A DNA stretch of 37,741 nt from Limisphaerales bacterium (GCA_044225505.1 JBGAIN010000080.1:1-37741); one strand, 5' to 3'. Positions 29,394 to 37,741 are shown, numbered from the stretch's first letter. Notes: generated by a model from the letters alone, not told the origin. Translations and numbers: made by a program.

Positions 29394-29790
29394 AAAGCGG
29401 CAGGGGCTGCGCGCACTTCACGACCTCACGGGAATTTGCACGTGCTTTGAGGTTGGTGAAGCGTTGTGTGGCTTTTGATCGTTGGCGTCGGTGCCGCGAG
29501 AGTGGCTGCGTCAAATGTCTCACACGGTGGGAACAATTGTTCCCACCGTGTGAGACATTTAGGCCCGAGCTTGTGGCGTTGATTGGCCGTACTCTCAGAA
29601 TGGCCCGCCCCTTCCCCCGTCAGCAGCAGTGTCAACAAATTGTTGACACCGGCCGTAATTAGCTTGTCAGGAGGACTTTTGGCGGGTTGCACCTTGCCGT
29701 CGATCTTCGTAGCCGCCCGAGGTCACGAGGCGGAATAGAATCTTTGCAGGGTTTAATCGGCCAGTCCGCCTCGTGACCTCGGGCGGCTAA
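29394..29790 (+). repeat. Composite palindromic repeat element, left copy
   Basis: REP-like AAAGCGGCAGGGGCTGCGCGCACT start, 48-bp perfect palindrome 29513-29560, 21-bp palindrome 29629-29649, GTAG-REP doublet at 29709-29734 and 29765-29790. Confidence 0.9.
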
Positions 29791-29934
29791 GCATTTGGAG
29801 TTTTGCGGTTTGGCCCGCGTTTCCAGCGCGCATTCATCCACGGATGCGGGACCGAAGTCCTTATTTGGGATCATTGATTGGCTTGCAGTGCAAGCGCCTA
29901 TGTGTCAGGCTAATGCCACTAGTGCTGATTCCAT

Positions 29935-32900
29935 ATGGGAGCTAATCTTTCCTGCGTCTGGGGTTTCAGTTGGTTGATGTTAGCATTTGGGGTTTCCGTT
30001 GACTTGCACGCCGGCGCTATTTCCATTGCCCCAGCCTCAGTTCATGCGCGGGAAGGTGAGATTGTCACGTTTACAGCCGCCGTTGGCGGTTATGAAAATT
30101 CGGCTTACCAGTGGTATCAACGGACCGATGCACCTGGTTACGGATGGGTGGCCATCCCAGGAACGACGACGTTAACTTTAGCCGTCGCAGCGGGCCAACA
30201 GCACTTTACATGGCAAGCAGAGGGTTTCTTTGCGATGACGGTGACCGAGGCGGACGGGCATGAAACTTGGAGCGATTCGGTCAAGCTGACGGTCGATCAC
30301 CCCCCTCGAGTCTACCTCGACCCCACCCCTCTGTTCGTCCCATTTGGAAAGGAACTGACCATAACGGCTTCGGTTTGGAGTGACCTGCCAGTTTCGTATC
30401 AATGGTTTAGAAACAATCAAGCGATCCCAAATGCCACCAATGCGATCTATGCGGTGGCGAGCATGGGGACGTCCGACGTTGGAGACTATGCCCTCAACGT
30501 GATGAGTGATGCTGGAACTGGCACAAGCCTACGGAAAAGCGTGCGGACAGATTCCCCTCTGGTGTTTACTCGGCCACCCCAAAGTCAGAGAATATCTCTA
30601 GGTCAGGATGTGCGGTTGATGGCGAGTGTTTTTGGAACGCGGCCGACGCGTGTGCAATGGTTCCACGATGGCCAGCCGGTGTCGGGAAATTCAGAATCAC
30701 TCAATGCCTACGAGTGGACCGAGAATGTGCTCTCAATCCCTCATGTTCAGCAAGCGGATCTCGGGGCCTATTACGTGGAGTTTGAAAACGCCGTAGGAAT
30801 ATTTCGAAGCCCGACAGCGACCGTTGAGGAGGGCGCGAGGCCGACGATTGTCTGTAATTCGGGTTTCACCGCTTACGCTGGGGACATTGCCGTTTTGTCG
30901 GTTCAGGTCGATCTCCCTGGCCCCTTCGGATATGCCTGGTATTTCAACGGAAATTTGATCTCACAAAAAGCCATGCTCTCGGTTGACGCCCAACCCAGCG
31001 CCGCTGGTGAGTATAGGGTCGAAATCTCGACTGTCGATTGGACGGCTTCGAGTGACAGCGTGCACCTGAGCATCGATACTTCCTATGATTCCTGGTTACG
31101 CATGTCCGTGGCTTTTCGCTCATGCACCTCAGCAATTTTTCCATTGGTCCGATACCAGACGGGGGGCGGAGCGGAACGATTCCGGATCTACCGGGACGGC
31201 ATTGTCATTCACGAGTTCGGACTGCGGATAGGCTATCAACTCGTTACTGGGATTCCGCCTGGTGTCGCTGCGCAGTACTGGGTCGCTCAGATGGATGCCG
31301 ATGGGCACGAGACGAAGCGGAGCCCTCCGATCACTGTGACACCGCCGGATTGTATCGATATGACCCCGCCAACAGTGCCCAAAATATCCTGGGTCACTGT
31401 GTCGTGCGATCGAGTCAAAGTCTATTGGAGTGAGTCCACCGACAACACAGCGGTCCGTCAGTACCGTCTTTATCGAGATGATCAAATGGTATCGACATGG
31501 GGCAGCTCTGTATATGAATTCACCGGGCTGACGCCTGGCCAGTCCTACACCCTGGGAGTCGCCGCGCTCGATTACGCGGGGAACGAATCACCCAAAGACG
31601 TGCGGCAGATCAAGACACCCCTCTGCCCCAATGATGGACCACCCAACACGCCATATAGCTTCACTGTTTTAGCCATTGATTGTACACAGGTGTACACAGC
31701 GTGGGGTATTCCGTCAGCGGGATCGCCCGTTGATCACTACCGATTGATGGTGAATGGAGAGCCGTTCCTCGTTCCGGCGAATCAATTTCAATTCCGCCTG
31801 ACTGCGATCCCCAACACTCGATACTCGATTACTCTTTCGGCCGTTGGCCTGGACGGGCAACAATCCACCCCGACCGTGGAGTCGACGGTATTTGTCCCGT
31901 CATGTGCGGACAGTGCTCCGCCCCGCGCCCCCGGTGGGTTGAGTGCCCGCTCCAACGGGTGTGAATCGATCCAGCTATTTTGGACTGCTGCCGTGGACAT
32001 TGGCTCTGCCGGGCTGAGAGGCTACAACATTTATCGTAACGGAGCCTTGCTCCAGTTCCATCCGGTGCCGACTTCGCCGACGTATGCTGATCGAGCCGTG
32101 ACGCTTGGGGTCAGATACGCCTATGAAGTCAGTTCCGTTGATAACAACGGCAAAGAATCTGCCAAGTCCGAGAAACTCGAATTCCAGTTGGACGAGTGTC
32201 CGGACGTCTCGCCACCTCTGGCGGTGAACAATGTTCGTATCACTGCCATTGCATGCGACCACGTCGAAATTCATTGGCAGGGAACGACGGACACGGGCGG
32301 CTCTGGTCTTCGGGGTTACCGAGTTTTTCGCGATAGCACCTTGCTCGCTGAGACGGGAGCCGACGGGAGATTTGTGATTGATTCTGGTCTGCAAGCAAAT
32401 ACCAAACTCTCTTACTCGATCTTCGCCGTCGACAATGCAGGCAATCAATCTTCTCCCAGTTGGACATCGGCCACGACACCTCCTTGCCCAGACCTGACTC
32501 CGCCGGAAATTCCCAAGGATCTCGTCGTGAATGAATTAGCGTGTCGAGCAGTCACCATTGCGTGGACTGCAGTGCGCGACGTCGGTAAAGCAGGGCTGCA
32601 ACGATACATCATCTATCGCGACGGAAATCGTGTCGGCGACGTTGGGGCGGGCCAGACGTTCTATACGGATTTTGATTTGCAGGCGACGGCGCACTACGTC
32701 TACACCGTCGCCGCGCGGGATTCCGCGGGCAATCTCTCGAGCACGGGGCAGGCGCTGGAGGTCAATACTCCGAAGTGTTGGGAACCGGTCGGGCAAGTGC
32801 TGCTGGCAAACCGCGTCGGGCTTGAGATCGATGCTCCGATCACACTGCCGGATGGGACCGGGCCTGGCAAATTGGGACTCGCTCAGTTGTGCTTGTTGAA

Positions 32901-33927
32901 TTCCGACGGCAGCTTGACAGAATTGTCGCCGGTAACGACGTTCCGCACGAACAGCCTTCTTGCGGCCAAATACCTAAACCCGGTCACGATCGACTGCCCA
33001 GACGTCACTCCTGGAACCAAGGTCACGATGAAGATTCGTGCTTGGATAGGGACCTCCTATGATACCGCTGACTTTCGAGGTGAATCCGAAAACATAACCG
33101 TGGTCTTGGGCGGAGGAATTGTTCCACCACCCAATCTTGACGGGTTTCACGCCTTTGTCTTACGTAAGAGTCGTTCCAGCGCTGTCCAGCCAGTGAGTTG
33201 TGCTGCAGGACCGTCCGCACTCGTTCTGCAATTCGCGGACGGCAAAATGGAAGCCTGGTCCATTTCAAACCGCAATGTGAATCGAAGCGCGATTTGGGGG
33301 ACAAAACCAGACTCGTGCCGCCTCTTAGGTATGGGCGATTTCAATCACGATGGCCAACGCGACTTGCTCCTCGAAACCGACGACGACGGGATTGCCGTTT
33401 GGCTCATGGTGCGGGACGTTCTCGCCACGGTGGTTCCGATGGGTAAGGTTCCCAAAAACTGGAAGATCATCGGCGTCGGTGATTTTGACGGTGACGGAAA
33501 TTCAGACGTTCTCCTCGAGCACTCCGATCGAACTTTGGCTTTTTGGTTCATGGAAAGAACAGATATTCGCGAAGGCGTATTGTCGCTGCGCGTTCCAAGC
33601 GGCTGGCAAATCGTCGGAGTCAGCGATTTCGATGGAGACGGCAAAAGCGATATTGTGCTTTTTGATGAGGAGCGCGCCATCGCGTTTTGGATGATGGACC
33701 GCTCGGAGATCCGGCTCGGGCGCGCGCCGTTTTCGTTAGAGCGAGATTGGCAGATCGTCGGCGTGGGAGATCTGGATGGCAATGGCAAGAGCGATATTGC
33801 GTTTCGACACGCGGACGGGTCCTTAGCGCTGTGGTCTATGGATGAATTAACCATTGAGCAGGCATTCGTTTTTGGGCAAATGCCCGCCGACGGCGGTATT
33901 GGTGCTGATCCAGTGATTTCGAAGTAA
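29935..33927 (+). CDS. Large secreted protein: Ig-like repeats, fibronectin type III repeats, C-terminal FG-GAP/VCBS-like repeats
   Basis: Signal-like N-terminus; Ig motifs (YQW...D.G.Y); about 6 FN3 units (D..PP..P, W....D, Y.IYRDG, Y.V.A.D.AGN.S); repeats of W.IVGVGDFDGDG.SD. Confidence 0.92.
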   Translation: MGANLSCVWGFSWLMLAFGVSVDLHAGAISIAPASVHAREGEIVTFTAAVGGYENSAYQWYQRTDAPGYGWVAIPGTTTLTLAVAAGQQHFTWQAEGFFAMTVTEADGHETWSDSVKLTVDHPPRVYLDPTPLFVPFGKELTITASVWSDLPVSYQWFRNNQAIPNATNAIYAVASMGTSDVGDYALNVMSDAGTGTSLRKSVRTDSPLVFTRPPQSQRISLGQDVRLMASVFGTRPTRVQWFHDGQPVSGNSESLNAYEWTENVLSIPHVQQADLGAYYVEFENAVGIFRSPTATVEEGARPTIVCNSGFTAYAGDIAVLSVQVDLPGPFGYAWYFNGNLISQKAMLSVDAQPSAAGEYRVEISTVDWTASSDSVHLSIDTSYDSWLRMSVAFRSCTSAIFPLVRYQTGGGAERFRIYRDGIVIHEFGLRIGYQLVTGIPPGVAAQYWVAQMDADGHETKRSPPITVTPPDCIDMTPPTVPKISWVTVSCDRVKVYWSESTDNTAVRQYRLYRDDQMVSTWGSSVYEFTGLTPGQSYTLGVAALDYAGNESPKDVRQIKTPLCPNDGPPNTPYSFTVLAIDCTQVYTAWGIPSAGSPVDHYRLMVNGEPFLVPANQFQFRLTAIPNTRYSITLSAVGLDGQQSTPTVESTVFVPSCADSAPPRAPGGLSARSNGCESIQLFWTAAVDIGSAGLRGYNIYRNGALLQFHPVPTSPTYADRAVTLGVRYAYEVSSVDNNGKESAKSEKLEFQLDECPDVSPPLAVNNVRITAIACDHVEIHWQGTTDTGGSGLRGYRVFRDSTLLAETGADGRFVIDSGLQANTKLSYSIFAVDNAGNQSSPSWTSATTPPCPDLTPPEIPKDLVVNELACRAVTIAWTAVRDVGKAGLQRYIIYRDGNRVGDVGAGQTFYTDFDLQATAHYVYTVAARDSAGNLSSTGQALEVNTPKCWEPVGQVLLANRVGLEIDAPITLPDGTGPGKLGLAQLCLLNSDGSLTELSPVTTFRTNSLLAAKYLNPVTIDCPDVTPGTKVTMKIRAWIGTSYDTADFRGESENITVVLGGGIVPPPNLDGFHAFVLRKSRSSAVQPVSCAAGPSALVLQFADGKMEAWSISNRNVNRSAIWGTKPDSCRLLGMGDFNHDGQRDLLLETDDDGIAVWLMVRDVLATVVPMGKVPKNWKIIGVGDFDGDGNSDVLLEHSDRTLAFWFMERTDIREGVLSLRVPSGWQIVGVSDFDGDGKSDIVLFDEERAIAFWMMDRSEIRLGRAPFSLERDWQIVGVGDLDGNGKSDIAFRHADGSLALWSMDELTIEQAFVFGQMPADGGIGADPVISK

Positions 33928-33953
33928 TCGCGTTATCTGTCCAACCTCTGGCG

Positions 33954-34103
33954 CAAAGCGGCAGGGGGCTGCGCGCACTCCAAAACCTGGCGGAGAATTG
34001 GATGCACCTTGAGTTTGGCGAAGCGTTGTTAGGCTTTTGCACCTTCCATAAGATCTTCGCAGGGTTTAATCGGCTAGTCCGCCTCGTGACCTCGGGCGGC
34101 TAC
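33954..34103 (+). repeat. Internally deleted direct copy of the composite element
   Basis: CAAAGCGGCAGGGGGCTGCGCGCACTCC...GAAGCGTTGT..GGCTTTTG joined to CACCTT...GATCTTCG-CAGGGTTTAATCGGCTAGTCCGCCTCGTGACCTCGGGCGGCTAC; both palindromes missing. Confidence 0.85.
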
Positions 34104-34229
34104 GAGATTTAAGACGCGCGCGAAGGGCAGCGCGACTGAACACCGTTGGGTTTACGAGGACGGTTCGGACCAACGGGGGCGCAAGGCTGGAGCAATCCCG
34201 GTGCAATGCCGCTCCGTGACCGGCGTTGG

Positions 34230-34262
34230 ACCGGCCTTGCACCGGCCTTGCACCGGCCTTGC
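34230..34262. repeat. 11-bp tandem repeat x3
   Basis: ACCGGCCTTGC repeated three times. Confidence 0.85.
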
Positions 34263-34520
34263 CTCGAATGACCGTGGGCGTGGCTAAGCGCATTTACCTT
34301 GGGAACATGGATTTGAGTTCGGGCTTGCCGTCCTTCTTGCGATCAGCAATTGCTCATCCGACCCCTAACCAACTCAGATTCAGAGGCTAGGAGTCTGTTG
34401 AATGAGCAGCCGCCAAGGTCACGAGATTCGCGCGGAAAGTAGATAACCGATTTTTTCAAAGGCCCTCGCTGGGAAGCAACCAATCCACCGCCCCACCCTC
34501 GTCACCTCACGAGACGGAGT

Positions 34521-34836
34521 AGGCTACCAAGATTGGGGGGCCAAGATGTAACTCACCTAAAGTTCCTCTAGCAAACCAGTTACGGCCAGTGTCAACAAAT
34601 TGTTGACACTGCCGCTGACGGGGGGGCCATTCTGAGAAGAGCCGGCCAATCAACGCCACAAGCTCGGCCTAAATGTCTCACACGGTGGGAACAATTGTTC
34701 CCACCGTGTGAGACATTTGACAGCCACTCTCGCGGCACCGACGCCAACGATCAAAAGCCACACAACGCTTCACCAACCTCAAAGCACGTGCAAATTTCCG
34801 TGAGGTCGTGGAGTGCGCGCAGCCCTCTGCCGCTTT
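34521..34836 (-). repeat. Composite palindromic repeat element, right copy (inverted)
   Basis: Reverse complement aligns with 29394-~29715; identical 48-bp palindrome at 34671-34718; 21-bp palindrome at 34589-34609. Confidence 0.92.
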
Positions 34837-35308
34837 AGGCTTACGGGCAGAAGAGACTCAAAAAACGTCGCCAAGCTTGTTCCTTAAAGCCCTTTCCTCC
34901 GCGCCACCTGCTAAGATTTAGGAAATGCCTACGCGACAGTTGACCAACGAGCCGTTGGCCTGATGAGGGACAAATTCGCGGATCGCAGCTCGCGGCTGGC
35001 ATTTGAATGTCTCGGTTTATCGAGCGCGGACAATGGCTTGCGACCGGCGTCGAAACATGGGATGTGCGCTGACGGATCACGAGGCCGAAGGCCTTGACCA
35101 TTGTAGACGGGGGCAACGCCCGGTCGCCTTCGCCCGATAAGACTCTTGGCGCGCTGGAAGGGCAGACCAAGGGGAGGATGATTCTCGTCGGACCAGAAGA
35201 AATGTCTGAACAGGACGAGAGGAGCTCGGGAAGGTGGGATATCTGGGATTGCACGCGGATCGATGGTCTTACCTTGAAAAACCTCGATCGTCGCTTGAAG
35301 TTGGGCGT

Positions 35309-35650
35309 ATGAGATCACGAAATCTTTGGGTGCTGGGGAAAACGGTGGCGATGGCAGCTCTTGCACTCGCGACGTTGGCTGGTTGCTCCACGCCGCATCA
35401 GTCTGTTTCTGTTCCGTTGCCTAGATCGACGCCGTTCGATCAAGATCCCCTCGCCCGGATGACATATCTTAACGCTTTCCGACGGCTATCTCGCAGCGCG
35501 AGGCGCCGCGTCTGTGCCGTCTGTCGAGACTGTGGAATCGTCCCGATCGCTTCCCGTACGAACAGGGATATCGTGCCGGCGCTTCCGCCGCGCGCGCGAG
35601 CCAGCCTTGACCATGGTAATTCAGTGGCTCCTCGGGGTCAGCCTCTAAGT
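35309..35650 (+). pseudogene. Probable frameshifted lipoprotein gene
   Basis: MRSRNLWVLGKTVAMAALALATLAGC lipobox; ATGA overlap with the upstream 72-aa ORF; protein-like text continues in other frames (DGYLAA..., FPYEQGYRAGASAARE). Confidence 0.5.
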
Positions 35651-35704
35651 TAAAAGTTAACGAATAGGTCGAGCAATCAGTTTGACCTCCTGGCAAAAAA
35701 GGTG

Positions 35705-35948
35705 AACGGAAATCTGTGCGTTGATGGCCCGCGCGCTCACACAGAGACGCGGTCTATTACAACCGCCGGCACTGCGGCGCGTCGGGCATCTGACGCAAGG
35801 CCGCGACGCGGCTGGGTATGGGCACGGGTCGGCGGCCAGCCAGCAGTTAGCGACACGACGGCACCCGGTGCTGACCAATTCGCGCCGTCACGCGATGGAA
35901 CGAGAACGGGATCGGAACGTTTCGACGGCTAAGTTACTTAACCGCTGA
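35705..35948 (+). pseudogene. Decayed REP-associated tyrosine (Y1/HUH, IS200-like) transposase fragment
   Basis: Across frameshifts it reads GNL..LMARALTQ / AVYYNRRH / RRVGHLTQGR, matching the YxNrrH.R.GHLfQGR motif of this family. Confidence 0.65.
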
Positions 35949-36061
35949 CTCCAGAGCCCACACTGATGAGGCTAAGTTCTTCGCATGGGCCCGCATCGGA
36001 ACGCTCCGCAGCCTGGCATCGATCACTCCTGAACTAAACTAAATCAATAAGGAGTAAAGAC

Positions 36062-36721
36062 GTGCAAGAAATGAATCCTCATCAGGAAGTTGTAACCCCC
36101 ACTCAATCAGCGTTTCACGAACTCGTTTTAAAGGTCGTTCCCAATCGACCGCTGGCCCTCGTCAGCACGATTCTGTTTGTTTCGAATGCCGACCTAGCGA
36201 CTGCCGGACCGGCGCCCGAGCCTAAGGGCGTCTCCATGGAAGTTTGGCGAGGGATCCGGGGACGGGTCGTGACGAGCCTGACGAGCAGTGCTGCCTTCAA
36301 CAAGGCTCCGACAGAGATTCGGATCATTCCGTCGCTGGAGATCAAAGAGCGCCTGGGGGATTTCTATGGAGTGCGGAGCCGGCGCTGGTTGCTGCCGCCC
36401 AAGACCGGGAAATACCAGTTCTGGATGGCTGCAGACGACCATGGCGAGCTTTGGCTCAGCACCGACGCCAGCTCGGAGAAGAAACGAATGCTCTGTCGAA
36501 ATCCAGAATACACCGCTCCCCAGGAGTGGGACAAAAATCCAAAACAAGCGTCAGGTCCGGTCAGTCTCGAAGGCGGCAAGCGCTACTACGTTGAGATCCT
36601 GATGAAACAAGACGCGGGCGGCGAATGCCTGGCGATTGCTTGGGACGGACCAGGAATAAAGCGCAATGTTGTCGGTTCGGCGTTTCTTCTGCAGTACCGA
36701 GACCAGACACAATCCAAGTGA
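36062..36721 (+). CDS. PA14-domain protein
   Basis: EVWRGI.G, FYGVR....LLPPKTGKYQFWMAADDHGELWLSTD, LEGGKRYYVEILMKQ..GG..LAIAW; AAGGAG SD before GTG. Confidence 0.85.
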   Translation: MQEMNPHQEVVTPTQSAFHELVLKVVPNRPLALVSTILFVSNADLATAGPAPEPKGVSMEVWRGIRGRVVTSLTSSAAFNKAPTEIRIIPSLEIKERLGDFYGVRSRRWLLPPKTGKYQFWMAADDHGELWLSTDASSEKKRMLCRNPEYTAPQEWDKNPKQASGPVSLEGGKRYYVEILMKQDAGGECLAIAWDGPGIKRNVVGSAFLLQYRDQTQSK

Positions 36722-37061
36722 TTCAGCAGCAGGCCGACCTGCGAAAGCGGGTCGGCGGCGGACAACTTAGTATTGAACCACCGCTGCAATTAACGCTGGA
36801 TATCGGTAAAGAAATCGAAGTTCGCTTAACAGGCCGCAATTTTCCCTTAATGGTTCCAAGCTCATTGCAGAGGTTGACGAAGTACGGCTGCCTATCCTTG
36901 TTTGCTGGGCCAACTTAAAATTTTGGTATTACAATTTCAGGCCATGGCGGCTTGTGTACGTTTGGGAAAGCAAGCTTCTTGTTTTGCACTTTGTCCCATG
37001 ATTGGATGAGTCCAGGCTGTCTCTCGGTGGTGACAAACGCTGACAAGCAACGCCTTTGAAG

Positions 37062-37741
37062 ATGACGACAAACGCGCCTCAATTGATAAGTGGCTTCGGG
37101 CTAGCAGGCTACCGTAGCTTTGGGCAAGAGTTGCAGCGAATTGGCCCATGCGAAAAGATCAACTTTCTGATCGGCCAAAATAATAGCGGCAAATCTAATA
37201 TTCTACGGTTCGTCTGCGATCGTTACTCGCATCTCCCAACTCTTTTACACGGAAACGAATGGAAACTAGGTGATTTGGAGGTGTTTAGATCTGCAGAGTC
37301 ATTTCCAATCCGTCTTAGTTTGGCTTTTAGTCCGAGCAAAGAAGCGCTGAGTAAATTACGCGAGGTCGGGCGGACGCGGAGAGCGGACCTCGAACGAGAC
37401 ATCGATTACCTCCTAAAAACTTTATCAAGGAACACATGCGGGGCTGGGTTTTGGATCGACTTAGACGTTTCAGGTCCGCAAGGACAAGGACAGTTATCTG
37501 ACGAGCTTGTTGGTGAGTTGAACCAAGTGCCAAATTTTGGCCAGTCTTGTTACGAATTCAATCTTGCGGTAGGAGGCAGTGCACATGTCAGCCAGCCGCT
37601 CCGGAACATAAAAGATGCGGTGAATTGGGTGCTTGACTCGCTTTTCAAACCGGTTAAGTGCGTTCTGATCCCATCACGAAGAAATCCGGGACTAGAACAG
37701 GCGACAGTAGACGATTTCAGTGGTGCAGGCATAGTTCACCG
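37062..37741 (+). CDS. AAA/ABC-type ATPase (AAA_15/AAA_21-like), truncated at window end
   Basis: Not in ORF track. Manual translation MTTNAPQLISGFGLAGYRSF...INFLIGQNNSGKSNILR (Walker A); frame open to the end of the window; more AT-rich than the core genes. Confidence 0.88.
   Translation, partial: MTTNAPQLISGFGLAGYRSFGQELQRIGPCEKINFLIGQNNSGKSNILRFVCDRYSHLPTLLHGNEWKLGDLEVFRSAESFPIRLSLAFSPSKEALSKLREVGRTRRADLERDIDYLLKTLSRNTCGAGFWIDLDVSGPQGQGQLSDELVGELNQVPNFGQSCYEFNLAVGGSAHVSQPLRNIKDAVNWVLDSLFKPVKCVLIPSRRNPGLEQATVDDFSGAGIVH

Noticed and set aside
29513..29560. Firm call as a protelomerase telomere site
   Set aside because: Only the geometry is similar; there is no protelomerase or phage/plasmid gene in the window and the site lies inside a repeated element.
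29081..29874. Short ORFs across the left repeat element
   Set aside because: They are translations of palindromic repeat DNA (the same peptide appears on both strands) and indels between the copies break the frames.
29250..34836. CRISPR array suggested by repeated palindromes
   Set aside because: No series of identical direct repeats with unique, similar-length spacers, and no cas genes.
36733..36756. GCCGACCTGC-GAAA-GCGGGTCGGC hairpin as an intrinsic terminator
   Set aside because: Good stem just after the PA14 gene but no U-tract; function unsupported.
34841..37741. Integron cassette array
   Set aside because: No convincing RYYYAAC...GTTRRRY attC structures between the ORFs and no integrase.

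Overview
GC-rich bacterial chromosome segment; gene style, the eukaryote-like HisA and the repeat families suggest Verrucomicrobia, but that is inference. About 1-27 kb is core/housekeeping: GT2 glycosyltransferase, osmC, a CHASE/GAF/PAS kinase-response regulator set, argG, a CDF transporter, DUF1015, infC, an orphan HscA-like Hsp70, lysS, a Crp/Fnr regulator followed by hemE-hemN-hemY-hemH, a hybrid kinase and hisA. About 27.3-37.7 kb is an accessory, repeat-rich region. Its most striking feature is a 1330-aa secreted Ig/FN3/FG-GAP protein gene bracketed by two ~320-bp inverted copies of a composite non-coding element. Each copy carries a perfect 48-bp palindrome, a 21-bp palindrome and REP-like ends. 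An internally deleted third copy, further CAATTG-cored palindromes and a decayed REP-associated (Y1/HUH) transposase fragment lie nearby. Other notable items: a hybrid kinase with its key catalytic residues replaced (pseudokinase plus pseudo-receiver) directly after hemH, an in-frame 36-bp duplication in lysS, a 4+4 inverted array of 11-bp repeats upstream of osmC, and a truncated AAA ATPase at the right edge. No rRNA, tRNA or CRISPR array was seen.
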